Of a stretch of 64,000 nucleotides of DNA, positions 21,809 to 29,916 are shown piece by piece (the first letter of the stretch is position 1; the number at the start of each line of letters is the position of its first letter). This DNA comes from Chitinophagaceae bacterium (GTDB taxonomy: Bacteria > Bacteroidota > Bacteroidia > Chitinophagales > Chitinophagaceae), in NCBI GenBank assembly GCA_016703625.1, contig JADJBP010000001.1, positions 837,129 to 901,128 on the forward strand, in the 5' to 3' direction. The position numbers and the translations under genes are program-made. The notes beneath the pieces are model-generated. The model was given only the letters and a program-made list of their open reading frames with translations. It ran no database searches and was not told the DNA's origin.

Positions 21809-22828
21809 ATGCAGCGCTGCCTTCAACTGGCCATATTAGGTGCAGGAAATACTGCGCCTAATCCAATGGTAGGCGCTGTATTGGTACATGCCGGTAAAAT
21901 AATAGGGGAGGGTTATCACCAGCAATATGGAGGGCCACATGCCGAAGTGAATTGTATAAACAGTGTTGCGGATGCAGATAAGGATCTTATTGAAAAGAGT
22001 ACATTATATGTTTCACTTGAGCCCTGTTCACATTTTGGAAAAACACCGCCCTGTACCGACCTGGTCATTGCCAATAAGATCCCCGAAGTTGTGATCGGCT
22101 GCCGGGATAGTTTTGCAGCAGTGGATGGAAAAGGAATTGAGCGTTTAATGGCTGCCGGCATACAGGTAAATGTAGGTATTTTGGAAAAAGAATGCCGGGA
22201 ACTGAACAAACGTTTTTTTACATTTCATGAAAAGCATAGGCCTTATATCATTTTAAAATGGGCACAAAGCAGTGATGGAAAGATAGCCGCCCGGGGGGCT
22301 GACCGGATATTTATAAGCAATGAAATAACAAACCGGCTTGTTCATCAATGGAGAACAGAGGAAGCTGCGATATTGGTTGGAACAAATACAGTGCTGCTTG
22401 ATGATCCGGCGTTAACTGCAAGGTTGTGGCCGGGTAAAGATCCGGTAAGACTGGTCATTGATAAGGAATTAAAATTACCTGTACATTTAAAACTGTTTGA
22501 CGGGAGTGTAAAAACAATTGTGTTTAATTACATTAAACAATCCGCCACCGAAAACCTGGTTTATCACCGGTTGAATAAAGAAGAAGGTATACCTGTACAG
22601 ATCCTCAGCGCACTTTACAATATGCAGTTACAGTCAGTGATGGTAGAAGGTGGCTCAAAACTATTACAGTCATTGATTGATGAAGGACTTTGGGATGAGG
22701 CAAGGGTAATTACCAATTCGGCCATGGTTATTGGCGAAGGGTTGGATGCGCCGGTGTTAAAAAATGAAATGGAGCTTTCGGAACAAAAGATAGAAAATGA
22801 TGTGATCTCTTATTTTACAAGAAAATAA
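21809..22828 (+). CDS. ribD: Bifunctional riboflavin biosynthesis deaminase/reductase RibD
   Basis: MQRCLQLAILGAGNTAPNPMVGAVLVH...HAEVNCI...LYVSLEPCSHFGKTPPC (CMP/dCMP deaminase zinc site), followed by a RibD_C reductase domain. Confidence 0.9.
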   Translation: MQRCLQLAILGAGNTAPNPMVGAVLVHAGKIIGEGYHQQYGGPHAEVNCINSVADADKDLIEKSTLYVSLEPCSHFGKTPPCTDLVIANKIPEVVIGCRDSFAAVDGKGIERLMAAGIQVNVGILEKECRELNKRFFTFHEKHRPYIILKWAQSSDGKIAARGADRIFISNEITNRLVHQWRTEEAAILVGTNTVLLDDPALTARLWPGKDPVRLVIDKELKLPVHLKLFDGSVKTIVFNYIKQSATENLVYHRLNKEEGIPVQILSALYNMQLQSVMVEGGSKLLQSLIDEGLWDEARVITNSAMVIGEGLDAPVLKNEMELSEQKIENDVISYFTRK

Positions 22829-22858
22829 TTTCAAATTGAATTTTATTATAAATAAGGA

Positions 22859-22973
22859 TGTCAGCCTGAGCTTGCCTTGCTCTGCCATAGCGGCTACGCA
22901 GAGGCGAGTCGAAGGCGGATTTAACTAAGAATCCTTACCGGCTTCGACAAGCTCAGCCTGACAGCTCAAAAGA
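22859..22973. mobile_element. 115-bp MITE/REP-like palindromic element, copy 1
   Basis: Termini tgtcagcctgagcttg ... caagctcagcctgaca are complementary over 16 nt with 1 mismatch. Internal stems are gtcgaag/cttcgac and ctctgc/gcagag. It is the reverse complement of copy 2 (24834..24947). Confidence 0.75.
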
Positions 22974-22997
22974 ATTCTGAGCCAAAAATGTGAACCC

Positions 22998-23606
22998 ATG
23001 AACGACCAGGATTTTTATACCACCATTGAAAAGCCATCCAGTGCCGAATTCAAGGACCGTGGCAGTAAATTTATTGCCTTTGCTTTCCCGGTCGAATCAG
23101 CTGATGATTTTAAAAAGCAGCTGCAGATTTTAAAGAAAGAACATCCCAAAGCGGTACATCATTGTTTTGCCTACCGGATCGGTACCGATGGAAATAATTT
23201 CCGTTCTTCTGATGATGGAGAGCCATCCGGAACTGCCGGTAAACCCATACTGGGCCAGGTAGACAGCAAAGGAATAACCAATGTGGCGGTGATCGTTGTC
23301 AGGTACTGGGGCGGCACCATGCTGGGCGTGCCGGGTTTGATCAATGCATATAAAACTTCGGCAGCGTTGGCTTTACAGGTAACACCGGTTGTGGAAAAGC
23401 AGATCGAGGTAAATTATTCTATCGAGTTTGATTATACGCAGATGAATGATGTGATGATGGTAATGAAACAATTCAATTGTACCATTCACGCCAATGAAAT
23501 GAAGTTGTTCTGCAATATAAAAGCAGGGATCCCCAAAAACCGGCTGGATGGGGTTTTGAACCGCCTGGAAGACCTGCAGCATGTAACTGTAAAAAAAGCG
23601 GGATAG
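22998..23606 (+). CDS. yigZ: IMPACT/YigZ family protein (UPF0029)
   Basis: DRGSKFIAFAFPV...HHCFAYRIG...SSDDGEPSGTAGKPIL pattern. Confidence 0.85.
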   Translation: MNDQDFYTTIEKPSSAEFKDRGSKFIAFAFPVESADDFKKQLQILKKEHPKAVHHCFAYRIGTDGNNFRSSDDGEPSGTAGKPILGQVDSKGITNVAVIVVRYWGGTMLGVPGLINAYKTSAALALQVTPVVEKQIEVNYSIEFDYTQMNDVMMVMKQFNCTIHANEMKLFCNIKAGIPKNRLDGVLNRLEDLQHVTVKKAG

Positions 23607-23626
23607 TCGTTTTACAAAAATGGTGG

Positions 23627-23815
23627 ATGCTGGCACTGATACCGGTTTGTGGTTATGGTTTTGCCTGGGCAGGCCATTATTTTATTGAAAAGAACAGGCC
23701 GGCAACCTTTACATATCCTTTATACAGTTTGGGCAGTGATTTTGTCATGTTCTGGCACATCCTTACCGGGCAGATCGATAAAAAACTGGAAGAAGCCAAA
23801 AAAACGATCAGGTAA
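23627..23815 (+). pseudogene. DUF962 (Mpo1-like) membrane protein, C-terminal fragment only
   Basis: LIPVCGYGFAWAGHYFIEKNRPATFTYPLYSLGSDFVMFWHILTG matches the second half of the ~100-aa family as I remember it. The first ~45 aa have no room, because yigZ ends at 23606. Confidence 0.5.
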
Positions 23816-23817
23816 TC

Positions 23818-24147
23818 ATGAATATTGAAACCCTCCGGGAATACTGTTTACAAAAACCTTATGTTACAGAAGGATTTCCTTTTGGAGAAGATACGCTGGT
23901 GTTTAAGGTAAAAGAAAAGATATTCTTACTGGCAGGGCTTGACAGTTCCCCGTTACAATTCAATGTAAAATGCGATCCTGGTAAAGCAATAGAATTACGG
24001 GAAGAATTTCCCGAATCTGTTTTACCCGGTTACCATATGAATAAAAAGCATTGGAATACGGTTATTGTTGATGGCAGGTTAACGGCAAAGCAATTAAAAG
24101 AGATGATCGATGATTCGTATACATTGGTAGCTCAAAAAACCGTGTAA
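23818..24147 (+). CDS. MmcQ/YjbR family DNA-binding protein
   Basis: LREYCLQKPYVTEGFPFGEDTLVFKV..KIF...GYHMNKKHWNTV pattern. Confidence 0.8.
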   Translation: MNIETLREYCLQKPYVTEGFPFGEDTLVFKVKEKIFLLAGLDSSPLQFNVKCDPGKAIELREEFPESVLPGYHMNKKHWNTVIVDGRLTAKQLKEMIDDSYTLVAQKTV

Positions 24148-24150
24148 AAT

Positions 24151-24183
24151 AACTTTGCCAAAGTTCAAAACTTTGGCAAAGTT
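24151..24183. terminator. Bidirectional terminator palindrome (AACTTTGCCAAAGTT word)
   Basis: aactttgccaaagtt caa aactttggcaaagtt forms a perfect 15-bp stem between convergent genes. Confidence 0.8.
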
Positions 24184-24191
24184 TGTTTCAG

Positions 24192-24809
24192 TTACTTCAT
24201 TTGATATTTCCAGTTCCTTCCTTTTCCTTCAGTTATCCATTCCAAAGCAGTTGCCATTCTTTTGTTCCTGGTTTCCGCTGTCTTTGCTTCTGTGATCCAT
24301 TCCAGGTATTCTTTTTTATGGGAGTAAGGGAAATTTTCGAAGACCAGTTTTGCTTTTTTATTTTTAGCCAGCGCTTTTAAAAAATAATCAGGCACAGTCA
24401 ATTCTTTTTTCTCAGGGGTTTTTGCTTTGGACGGAAGCTTAATTCCCTTATCGGTTAGTATCATGGCTTCTTTGATCCAGGCCGTTATTTTTTTATCGGA
24501 TGGCAGGTCTTTTAAACTTGTAAGTTTTCCCAGGTGTCCCATGGCCGTTTCTGACTTTGCCTTTTCATTGAGTGCGGGGTCCTTCATCAATGCGGCTTTC
24601 CAGAAACTCATTACCGCATGTTGTTTAAAGGAAGCCATATGACACAACATCTCCCTTTTATAATCAAAGAAAGGCATGCCCCATTTTATTTTTTCTTCCA
24701 CATCCGGGCATGCTTTGTGTACCAGCTCACGGATATGGTTTAAAATGGGTTTTGCAAAATCGGCTGATTTGGCGATGTAGGCATCTATTGCTTTTTCTTT
24801 TTTTGCCAT
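24192..24809 (-). CDS. DUF1801 + YdeI-like protein
   Basis: The N-terminal half is YdhG/DUF1801-like. The C-terminus PDYFLKALAKNKKAKLVFENFPYSHKKEYLEWITEAKTAETRNKR is YdeI-like. Confidence 0.75.
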   Translation of the reverse strand: MAKKEKAIDAYIAKSADFAKPILNHIRELVHKACPDVEEKIKWGMPFFDYKREMLCHMASFKQHAVMSFWKAALMKDPALNEKAKSETAMGHLGKLTSLKDLPSDKKITAWIKEAMILTDKGIKLPSKAKTPEKKELTVPDYFLKALAKNKKAKLVFENFPYSHKKEYLEWITEAKTAETRNKRMATALEWITEGKGRNWKYQMK

Positions 24810-24833
24810 GATTATTCATTTAAAAATAATTGA

Positions 24834-24947
24834 TGTCAGCCTGAGCTTGTCGAAAGCGGTATATATTAAACGGAATATTTGGTGAACCCGCCTTCGACTC
24901 GCCTCTGCGTAGCCGCTACGGCGGAGCAAGGCAAGCTCAGGCTGACA
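24834..24947. mobile_element. 114-bp MITE/REP-like palindromic element, copy 2 (inverted relative to copy 1)
   Basis: tgtcagcctgagcttgtcgaa...ccgccttcgactcgcctctgcgtagccgctacggcggagcaaggcaagctcaggctgaca. The 62-nt right part differs at 2 positions from the reverse complement of copy 1. Confidence 0.75.
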
Positions 24948-24976
24948 ATATAGTGAACTGAAATCCATATCGTTTT

Positions 24977-25726
24977 TTAACTTTTTTTCTTTGCAGTACA
25001 CATCCAGTCCCAGGGATAAGGCTCAGACAGCCACTTGGGTGGCTTATGAAATTCGGTGGTCCAGTCGTAATTAATTTTTTTGATCAGTTGTACTTCAAAA
25101 CCTTCCAGGGTAAGCAGCAATTCCAGTTCTTCCTTTAAATAATGTTTGGTGGGCACATTATCAATATCGGTAACACCCTGTTTGATGTTCTTCACCTGGT
25201 CAATGGCTTTTTTGGGCTCCGGGTTTTTATCATGTTCAGCATCATCAACATTCCAGCGATCGGCAATGATGTTGGTATATAATTTCGATTCCAGCGACGG
25301 AACAACAAGCACCAGCTCTCCACCGGTGTGTAAACAAAGCGAAAGTGACTGGAAAAAATTGATCCTTTTTTCAAGTGAATGGGTGAGGATGGCATTGATA
25401 CAGATGGCGGTGTCGCAGGGGGTTACGGTAAGGTCATCGGCCGACATATCCAGCCTGTGGTATTCCACGTTATCAAAATCAGTATATTTTTCTTTTGCGA
25501 TCTGCAGGTTCTTTGCAGAGATATCCGCAGCAATAACCAGTTTGAATTTTGGAGACAGTATGGGGATCCATTTGCCTACAGCACAGCCAATATCCATGAT
25601 GCTTTTTTCAGGAGAAGCCATTGCTTCAATGGCGGCAATGATGCTGCCCGACTTGTCATTTTGCAGCACATCAAAAATTTCCGTTTCATATTTGGGTGCG
25701 ATCGTTTCCCAGTATTTTCTGTCCAT
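24977..25726 (-). CDS. Class I SAM-dependent methyltransferase
   Basis: MDRKYWETIAPKYE..., motif I IMDIGCAVGKW and post-I VIAADIS. ATG 25726 is preferred. Confidence 0.8.
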   Translation of the reverse strand: MDRKYWETIAPKYETEIFDVLQNDKSGSIIAAIEAMASPEKSIMDIGCAVGKWIPILSPKFKLVIAADISAKNLQIAKEKYTDFDNVEYHRLDMSADDLTVTPCDTAICINAILTHSLEKRINFFQSLSLCLHTGGELVLVVPSLESKLYTNIIADRWNVDDAEHDKNPEPKKAIDQVKNIKQGVTDIDNVPTKHYLKEELELLLTLEGFEVQLIKKINYDWTTEFHKPPKWLSEPYPWDWMCTAKKKS

Positions 25727-25908
25727 AATGCTATTTTTTCGATCATTGTACAAAGAAATGCCAAGCAAAAGTTACAGGAAATAATGCCATTTTCAAAGCC
25801 GTGATCGTATTGGCATTTTACCTGCCAAGGAATTTTCCCTGTTTTTTCGTGAAAAACCACTACAATAAACTACCCGGAAAAACTACTTTCGATTCAAAAT
25901 TAAAACAC

Positions 25909-26749
25909 ATGATACCCGAAGAAAAATTTTCGGAAAACCCGCTCGAAAATATCAAAATTGAAAATGATTTTTTGAAACTTAAATTAAAGGCACAGTATGG
26001 TGATGCTTTCTTTATGGAAAGCAATGCTGACCTGCCACCGGAAATGGAAAACCTGTTTTTAAAGAATATCATCGCATTTGAAACGAACACAGAAAAAGCG
26101 GAATATATTACCGTGTATGAAAAATAGGGAAACCAACATATAAACCGGCTGGTGGGATGAATCCTGTTGAAATTACAGCTGCCCTTAAGAAAATTACGGC
26201 CCTTATGGAGCAACAGGGTGTTTGCCTGGATATCTGCCAGGGGCCTTATCCCGATGATATTATTTATACATTCATCACCGAAGAATTATTCAGCCAGGAG
26301 ATCCAAAAAGAAATCCTTCCGGGAGGTGCATGGCATTTCATTTACGAAGAATTTCACCCGAATGATAAGCGGGATATTGAAAAAAATACCCATGAATTTT
26401 TGCTGCACTGGTTTAGCAGGGATTTTAACGAATTCTGTTCCGGATTGGCTTATGAGATCCTCACTGCAGATGACAGGCGGCTGAGCCGGGATGCCGTATT
26501 AAAAAAAATGAATTTATTTTTTGATGCATTTGAAACCTTTACAGATGATGGTTATAACATTGATGAGATCCATTTTGAATTTCCGGAACCGGAACATGGG
26601 TTGGGCCACGCAGAAGGCAGGTTGAAATATGATGCCGTTATGGAAAACGGGAGGTCTTACATTATGAAGGGCCCTATAAACTGTACATGCAGCGCCGGGA
26701 TAATTTTTGGACGATATTTTATTTTGTGATGCCGGGGTTTGTTTGGTAG
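25909..26749 (+). pseudogene. Hypothetical protein split by two frame changes
   Basis: ...ITVYEK* (ORF ends 26127) continues as IGKPTYKPAGGMNPVEITAALKK if one A is added to run 26120..26124. ...AVMENG continues as EVLHYEGPYKLYMQRRDNFWTIFYFVMPGFVW* if one G is added at 26649..26651. Confidence 0.45.
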
Positions 26750-26756
26750 TAATGAT

Positions 26757-26793
26757 AACTTTGGCAAAGGTCAAAACCTTGCCAAAGTTTTTT
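26757..26793. terminator. Bidirectional terminator palindrome (same AACTTTGGCAAAG word as 24151..24183)
   Basis: aactttggcaaagg tcaaaa ccttgccaaagtt followed by tttt, between convergent genes. Confidence 0.7.
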
Positions 26794-26794
26794 A

Positions 26795-27688
26795 TTACTT
26801 TCTGAACCGTTCACTCACCACCAGGTCTTTGCTGCCCGCGGTATATGTATAAAAACCTTCGCCGCTTTTTGCGCCCAGTTTACCGGCCAGAACCATATTC
26901 AACAATAATGGGCAGGGTGCATATTTGGGATCGCCGAATCCATCCTGTAAAACCTTTAAAATGCTCAGGCAAACATCCAGGCCAATAAAATCGGCTAACT
27001 GTAAGGGTCCCATGGGGTGGGCCATACCAAGTTTCATGACGGTATCAATTTCTTCCACACCCGCAACGCCTTCATATAAACTGTGAACAGCTTCGTTGAT
27101 CATGGGCATTAAAATGCGGTTGGCAATAAAGCCCGGGTAATCATTAACAGCGCAGGGAATCTTACCAAGCTGCTTACTTAATTCAATGATGGTTTCGGTA
27201 ACTTCTTTTTTAGTGGCATAGCCATTTATTATTTCCACCAGTTTCATCACCGGCACCGGATTCATAAAATGCATGCCGATCACCAGTCCCGGCCTTTGTG
27301 TAACAGCGGCAATTTTTGTTATGGAGATGGAAGATGTGTTGGTAGCCAGGATACAGCCTGCAGGCGCATAGGTATCCATCTGTTCAAAAATGGATAATTT
27401 AAGGTCCACATTTTCTGTGGCTGCTTCCACAACCAGTTGGGCATCCTTAACACCTTCTGCAATGATGGAGAATACTTCAATATTTGCCAGTGTTGCTTTT
27501 TTTTGATCCTCGGTGATGGTTCCTTTACCAAGTTGCCTGTCTAAATTTTTATGGATAGTATCCATCGCTCTTTGCAGTTGTGAAGGATTCACATCTACCA
27601 GGCTTACTTTAAAACCAGACTGGGCAAATACATGGGCAATGCCGTTTCCCATTGTTCCGGCGCCAATTACACTAATATTCTTTATCAT
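26795..27688 (-). CDS. hbd: 3-hydroxybutyryl-CoA / 3-hydroxyacyl-CoA dehydrogenase
   Basis: ISVIGAGTMGNGIAHVFAQSGF (Rossmann fold), ...TNTSSISIT..., MHFMNPVPVMKLVE and a C-terminal 3HCDH domain. Confidence 0.9.
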   Translation of the reverse strand: MIKNISVIGAGTMGNGIAHVFAQSGFKVSLVDVNPSQLQRAMDTIHKNLDRQLGKGTITEDQKKATLANIEVFSIIAEGVKDAQLVVEAATENVDLKLSIFEQMDTYAPAGCILATNTSSISITKIAAVTQRPGLVIGMHFMNPVPVMKLVEIINGYATKKEVTETIIELSKQLGKIPCAVNDYPGFIANRILMPMINEAVHSLYEGVAGVEEIDTVMKLGMAHPMGPLQLADFIGLDVCLSILKVLQDGFGDPKYAPCPLLLNMVLAGKLGAKSGEGFYTYTAGSKDLVVSERFRK

Positions 27689-27754
27689 GATAGCTTTTTT
27701 ATTACTCTAATTAAAATGAATTAGCTGAATTGTAATGAATATCCTTACCAATTT

Positions 27755-27780
27755 ACGGATTAACTAATAAACGGATTAAC
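27755..27780. repeat. ACGGATTAAC x2, inverted counterpart of array 28971..29058
   Basis: acggattaac taataa acggattaac, immediately 3' of the gcdH stop (27781). Confidence 0.7.
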
Positions 27781-28965
27781 CTATTTAAACGCATTAATCC
27801 CCGTCACATCCATTCCCGTGATCAGCAAATGAATATCATGCGTACCCTCATAAGTAATTACACTTTCCAGGTTCATCATGTGACGCATTACCGGGTATTC
27901 GCCTGTAATGCCCATACCGCCCAGCATCTGGCGGGCATCCCTGCAAATATTTGTTGCCACTTCACAGGCATTCCGCTTGGCCATACTCACCTGCTGTGGT
28001 GTTACTTTACCTTCGTTCATCAACACACCAAGCCGCCAGTTCATTAACTGGGCCTTTGTAATTTCGGTTACCATCTCTGCCAGTTTTTTCTGCTGCAGCT
28101 GAAAACTGCCGATAGGTTTTCCAAACTGGATCCTTTCTTTACTGTAGTTTAATGCTGTATCATAACAATCCATAGCAGCGCCAATTGCACCCCAGGCAAT
28201 TCCATATCTTGCCTTGGTTAAACATCCCAATGGCCCTTTCAATCCTTTTACATTGGGTAATATATTTTCTTTGGGAATTTTTACATTGTCGAATACCAGC
28301 TCCCCGGTTGCACTGGCACGCAGGCTCCATTTACCATGTGTGGTTGGGGTACTGAAACCTTCCATGCCCCTTTCCACGATCACGCCTTTTATATCTCCGG
28401 TTTCATCTTTAGCCCAAACCACGGCCACCTGTGCAAAAGGCGCATTGCTGATCCACATTTTTGCACCATTCAGTAAAACATGGTCACCGGCGTCTTTAAT
28501 AGTTGTTAGCATTCCGCTGGGGTCGCTGCCATGATTGGGTTCGGTTAAACCAAAACAACCAAGCCACTCACCGCTGGCCAGTTTTGGTAAATATTTGTTG
28601 CGTTGTTCCTCATTTCCATATTGATAAATGGGAAACATCACCAGGCTGCCCTGCACGCTGGCTGTTGAACGTACACCACTATCGCCACGTTCCAGTTCCT
28701 GCATCATCAAACCATAACTGATATAATCCAGTCCGCCGCCGCCATATTGTTCCGGTACGGTAGGACCAAAACAGCCCAGGTCGCCCAGCTGTTTGATGAT
28801 CTGTTGCGGAAATTCGGCCCGCTGGGCATAATCTTCTATAATGGGGGAGATCTCTTTTTTTACATAATTGCGTACAGATTCACGAATGAGCTTATGTTCA
28901 TCCGTCAGCAGTTCATCAACATTAAAATAATCGGGAGATTGAAAATTGTCTGTTTTAGCAGCCAT
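27781..28965 (-). CDS. gcdH: Glutaryl-CoA dehydrogenase
   Basis: ...LLTDEHKLIRESVRNY..., ELERGDSGVRSTASVQGSLVMFPIYQYGNEEQRNKYLPKLASGEWLGCFGLTEPNHGSDPSGM tracks the GCDH signature closely, as compared from memory with the human enzyme. Confidence 0.9.
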   Translation of the reverse strand: MAAKTDNFQSPDYFNVDELLTDEHKLIRESVRNYVKKEISPIIEDYAQRAEFPQQIIKQLGDLGCFGPTVPEQYGGGGLDYISYGLMMQELERGDSGVRSTASVQGSLVMFPIYQYGNEEQRNKYLPKLASGEWLGCFGLTEPNHGSDPSGMLTTIKDAGDHVLLNGAKMWISNAPFAQVAVVWAKDETGDIKGVIVERGMEGFSTPTTHGKWSLRASATGELVFDNVKIPKENILPNVKGLKGPLGCLTKARYGIAWGAIGAAMDCYDTALNYSKERIQFGKPIGSFQLQQKKLAEMVTEITKAQLMNWRLGVLMNEGKVTPQQVSMAKRNACEVATNICRDARQMLGGMGITGEYPVMRHMMNLESVITYEGTHDIHLLITGMDVTGINAFK

Positions 28966-28970
28966 TGTAA

Positions 28971-29058
28971 TGTTTATTGGTTAATTCGTTAATTAGTTAA
29001 TCTGTTAATCCGTTAATCTGTTAATGTTAATCCGTTAATCCGTTAAGTGGTTAATACG
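28971..29058. repeat. Tandem GTTAATNN array (about 10 units) in the gcdH 5' leader
   Basis: ggttaatt cgttaatt agttaatc tgttaatc cgttaatc tgttaat gttaatc cgttaatc cgttaagt ggttaata. Confidence 0.85.
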
Positions 29059-29154
29059 TGGACTCAGATCTTGCCATTCAGATTGGTATCTGTACCGCAA
29101 ATATAAATACGTTGAATCAGAAGCAAATTTTTTGTTTTTTGCCCCGGATTATTT

Positions 29155-29286
29155 AAAAACCCGACAGCGGCTTTAGAACCCCGACAGTGGTTGCAAACCT
29201 TGTCGGCGGTTATTGTAAATAATCCAAATAACCGCCGACAGGGCCTAGAGCCGCTGTCGGGGTTTTTTAACCGCTGTCAGAGTTTG
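29155..29286. repeat. About 130-nt compound palindrome built from CCGACAG(C/T)GG / CCGCTGTCGG words
   Basis: Arms ccgacagcgg..ccgacagtgg..cttgtcggcggttatt and aataaccgccgacagg..ccgctgtcgg..ccgctgtcag lie around the loop gtaaataatcca. There are three nested stems. Confidence 0.8.
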
Positions 29287-29364
29287 TATTTTTTTAAAAA
29301 AATAATTAAATGGATGCAACATTGATCAAATAACCATGTCTCTTAACTATAAAAACCTGGATTT

Positions 29365-29916
29365 TTGGAATTAGCTGTATTACCGCAAAGGGATGAACTG
29401 ATAGAACGCTGCCTGCAGGGTGACCGCCTGGGCTACCGGGAATTATATGACCGTTATTCAAAGGCCATGTACAATACATGCCTGCGTATTCTGAATCATG
29501 CTACGGAAGCCGAGGATGTACTGCAGGAAAGTTTTATTGAGGCGTTTAAAAACCTCGATAAGTTTGAATACAGGTCGAGTTTTGGAGGTTGGCTTAAACA
29601 GATCTGTATTAACAGGAGTATTAACCAGCTCAGGAAAAGAAAAGTGGAATGGGTGGATATAGAACGGGTAACCGGTTACGACCCGGTTGATGAAATGCCG
29701 GTAGATGAAGCCGCCATCGATCTTAAGGTGGAAACGGTAAAATCAGCGATCATGCAATTGCCGGATGGGTACCGAACTGTTTTGAACCTGTACCTCCTGG
29801 AAGGTTATGATCATGAAGAAATTGCGGAGATCCTGCATGTGGCCGAATCAACCACAAGAACACAATACATGCGGGCCAAACAAAAATTATTGCAACTATT
29901 AAAGGGTATATCATGA
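29365..29916 (+). CDS. ECF-type RNA polymerase sigma factor
   Basis: Region 2 (YRELYDRYSKAMYNTCLRIL...AEDVLQESFIEAF) and region 4 (LPDGYRTVLNLYLLEGYDHEEIAEILHVAESTTRTQYMRAKQKL). The listed start is TTG. ATG 29336 becomes in-frame if T5 run 29362..29366 is T6. Confidence 0.85.
   Translation: MELAVLPQRDELIERCLQGDRLGYRELYDRYSKAMYNTCLRILNHATEAEDVLQESFIEAFKNLDKFEYRSSFGGWLKQICINRSINQLRKRKVEWVDIERVTGYDPVDEMPVDEAAIDLKVETVKSAIMQLPDGYRTVLNLYLLEGYDHEEIAEILHVAESTTRTQYMRAKQKLLQLLKGIS

Noticed and set aside
22859-24947. Inverted element pair as a composite transposon
   Set aside because: No transposase or recombinase lies between or beside the copies. The enclosed genes are ordinary small housekeeping-type genes. 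The elements are only ~115 bp and look like non-autonomous REP/MITE units.
24816-25001. 61-aa ORF (MYCKEKKLKNDMDF...FDKLRLTSIIFK)
   Set aside because: It is read straight through the palindromic element 24834..24947. The equivalent element at 22859 has no such ORF, so this is a spurious translation of a repeat.
25146-25784. 212-aa plus-strand ORF (and similar ones at 36207..36713, 39993..40616, 44765..45136 and 55554..55913)
   Set aside because: These are antisense shadows of well-supported minus-strand genes (methyltransferase, kmo, ALDH, atpG, ALDH). Their Ser/Pro/Ala/Cys-rich, low-complexity translations have no recognisable motifs.
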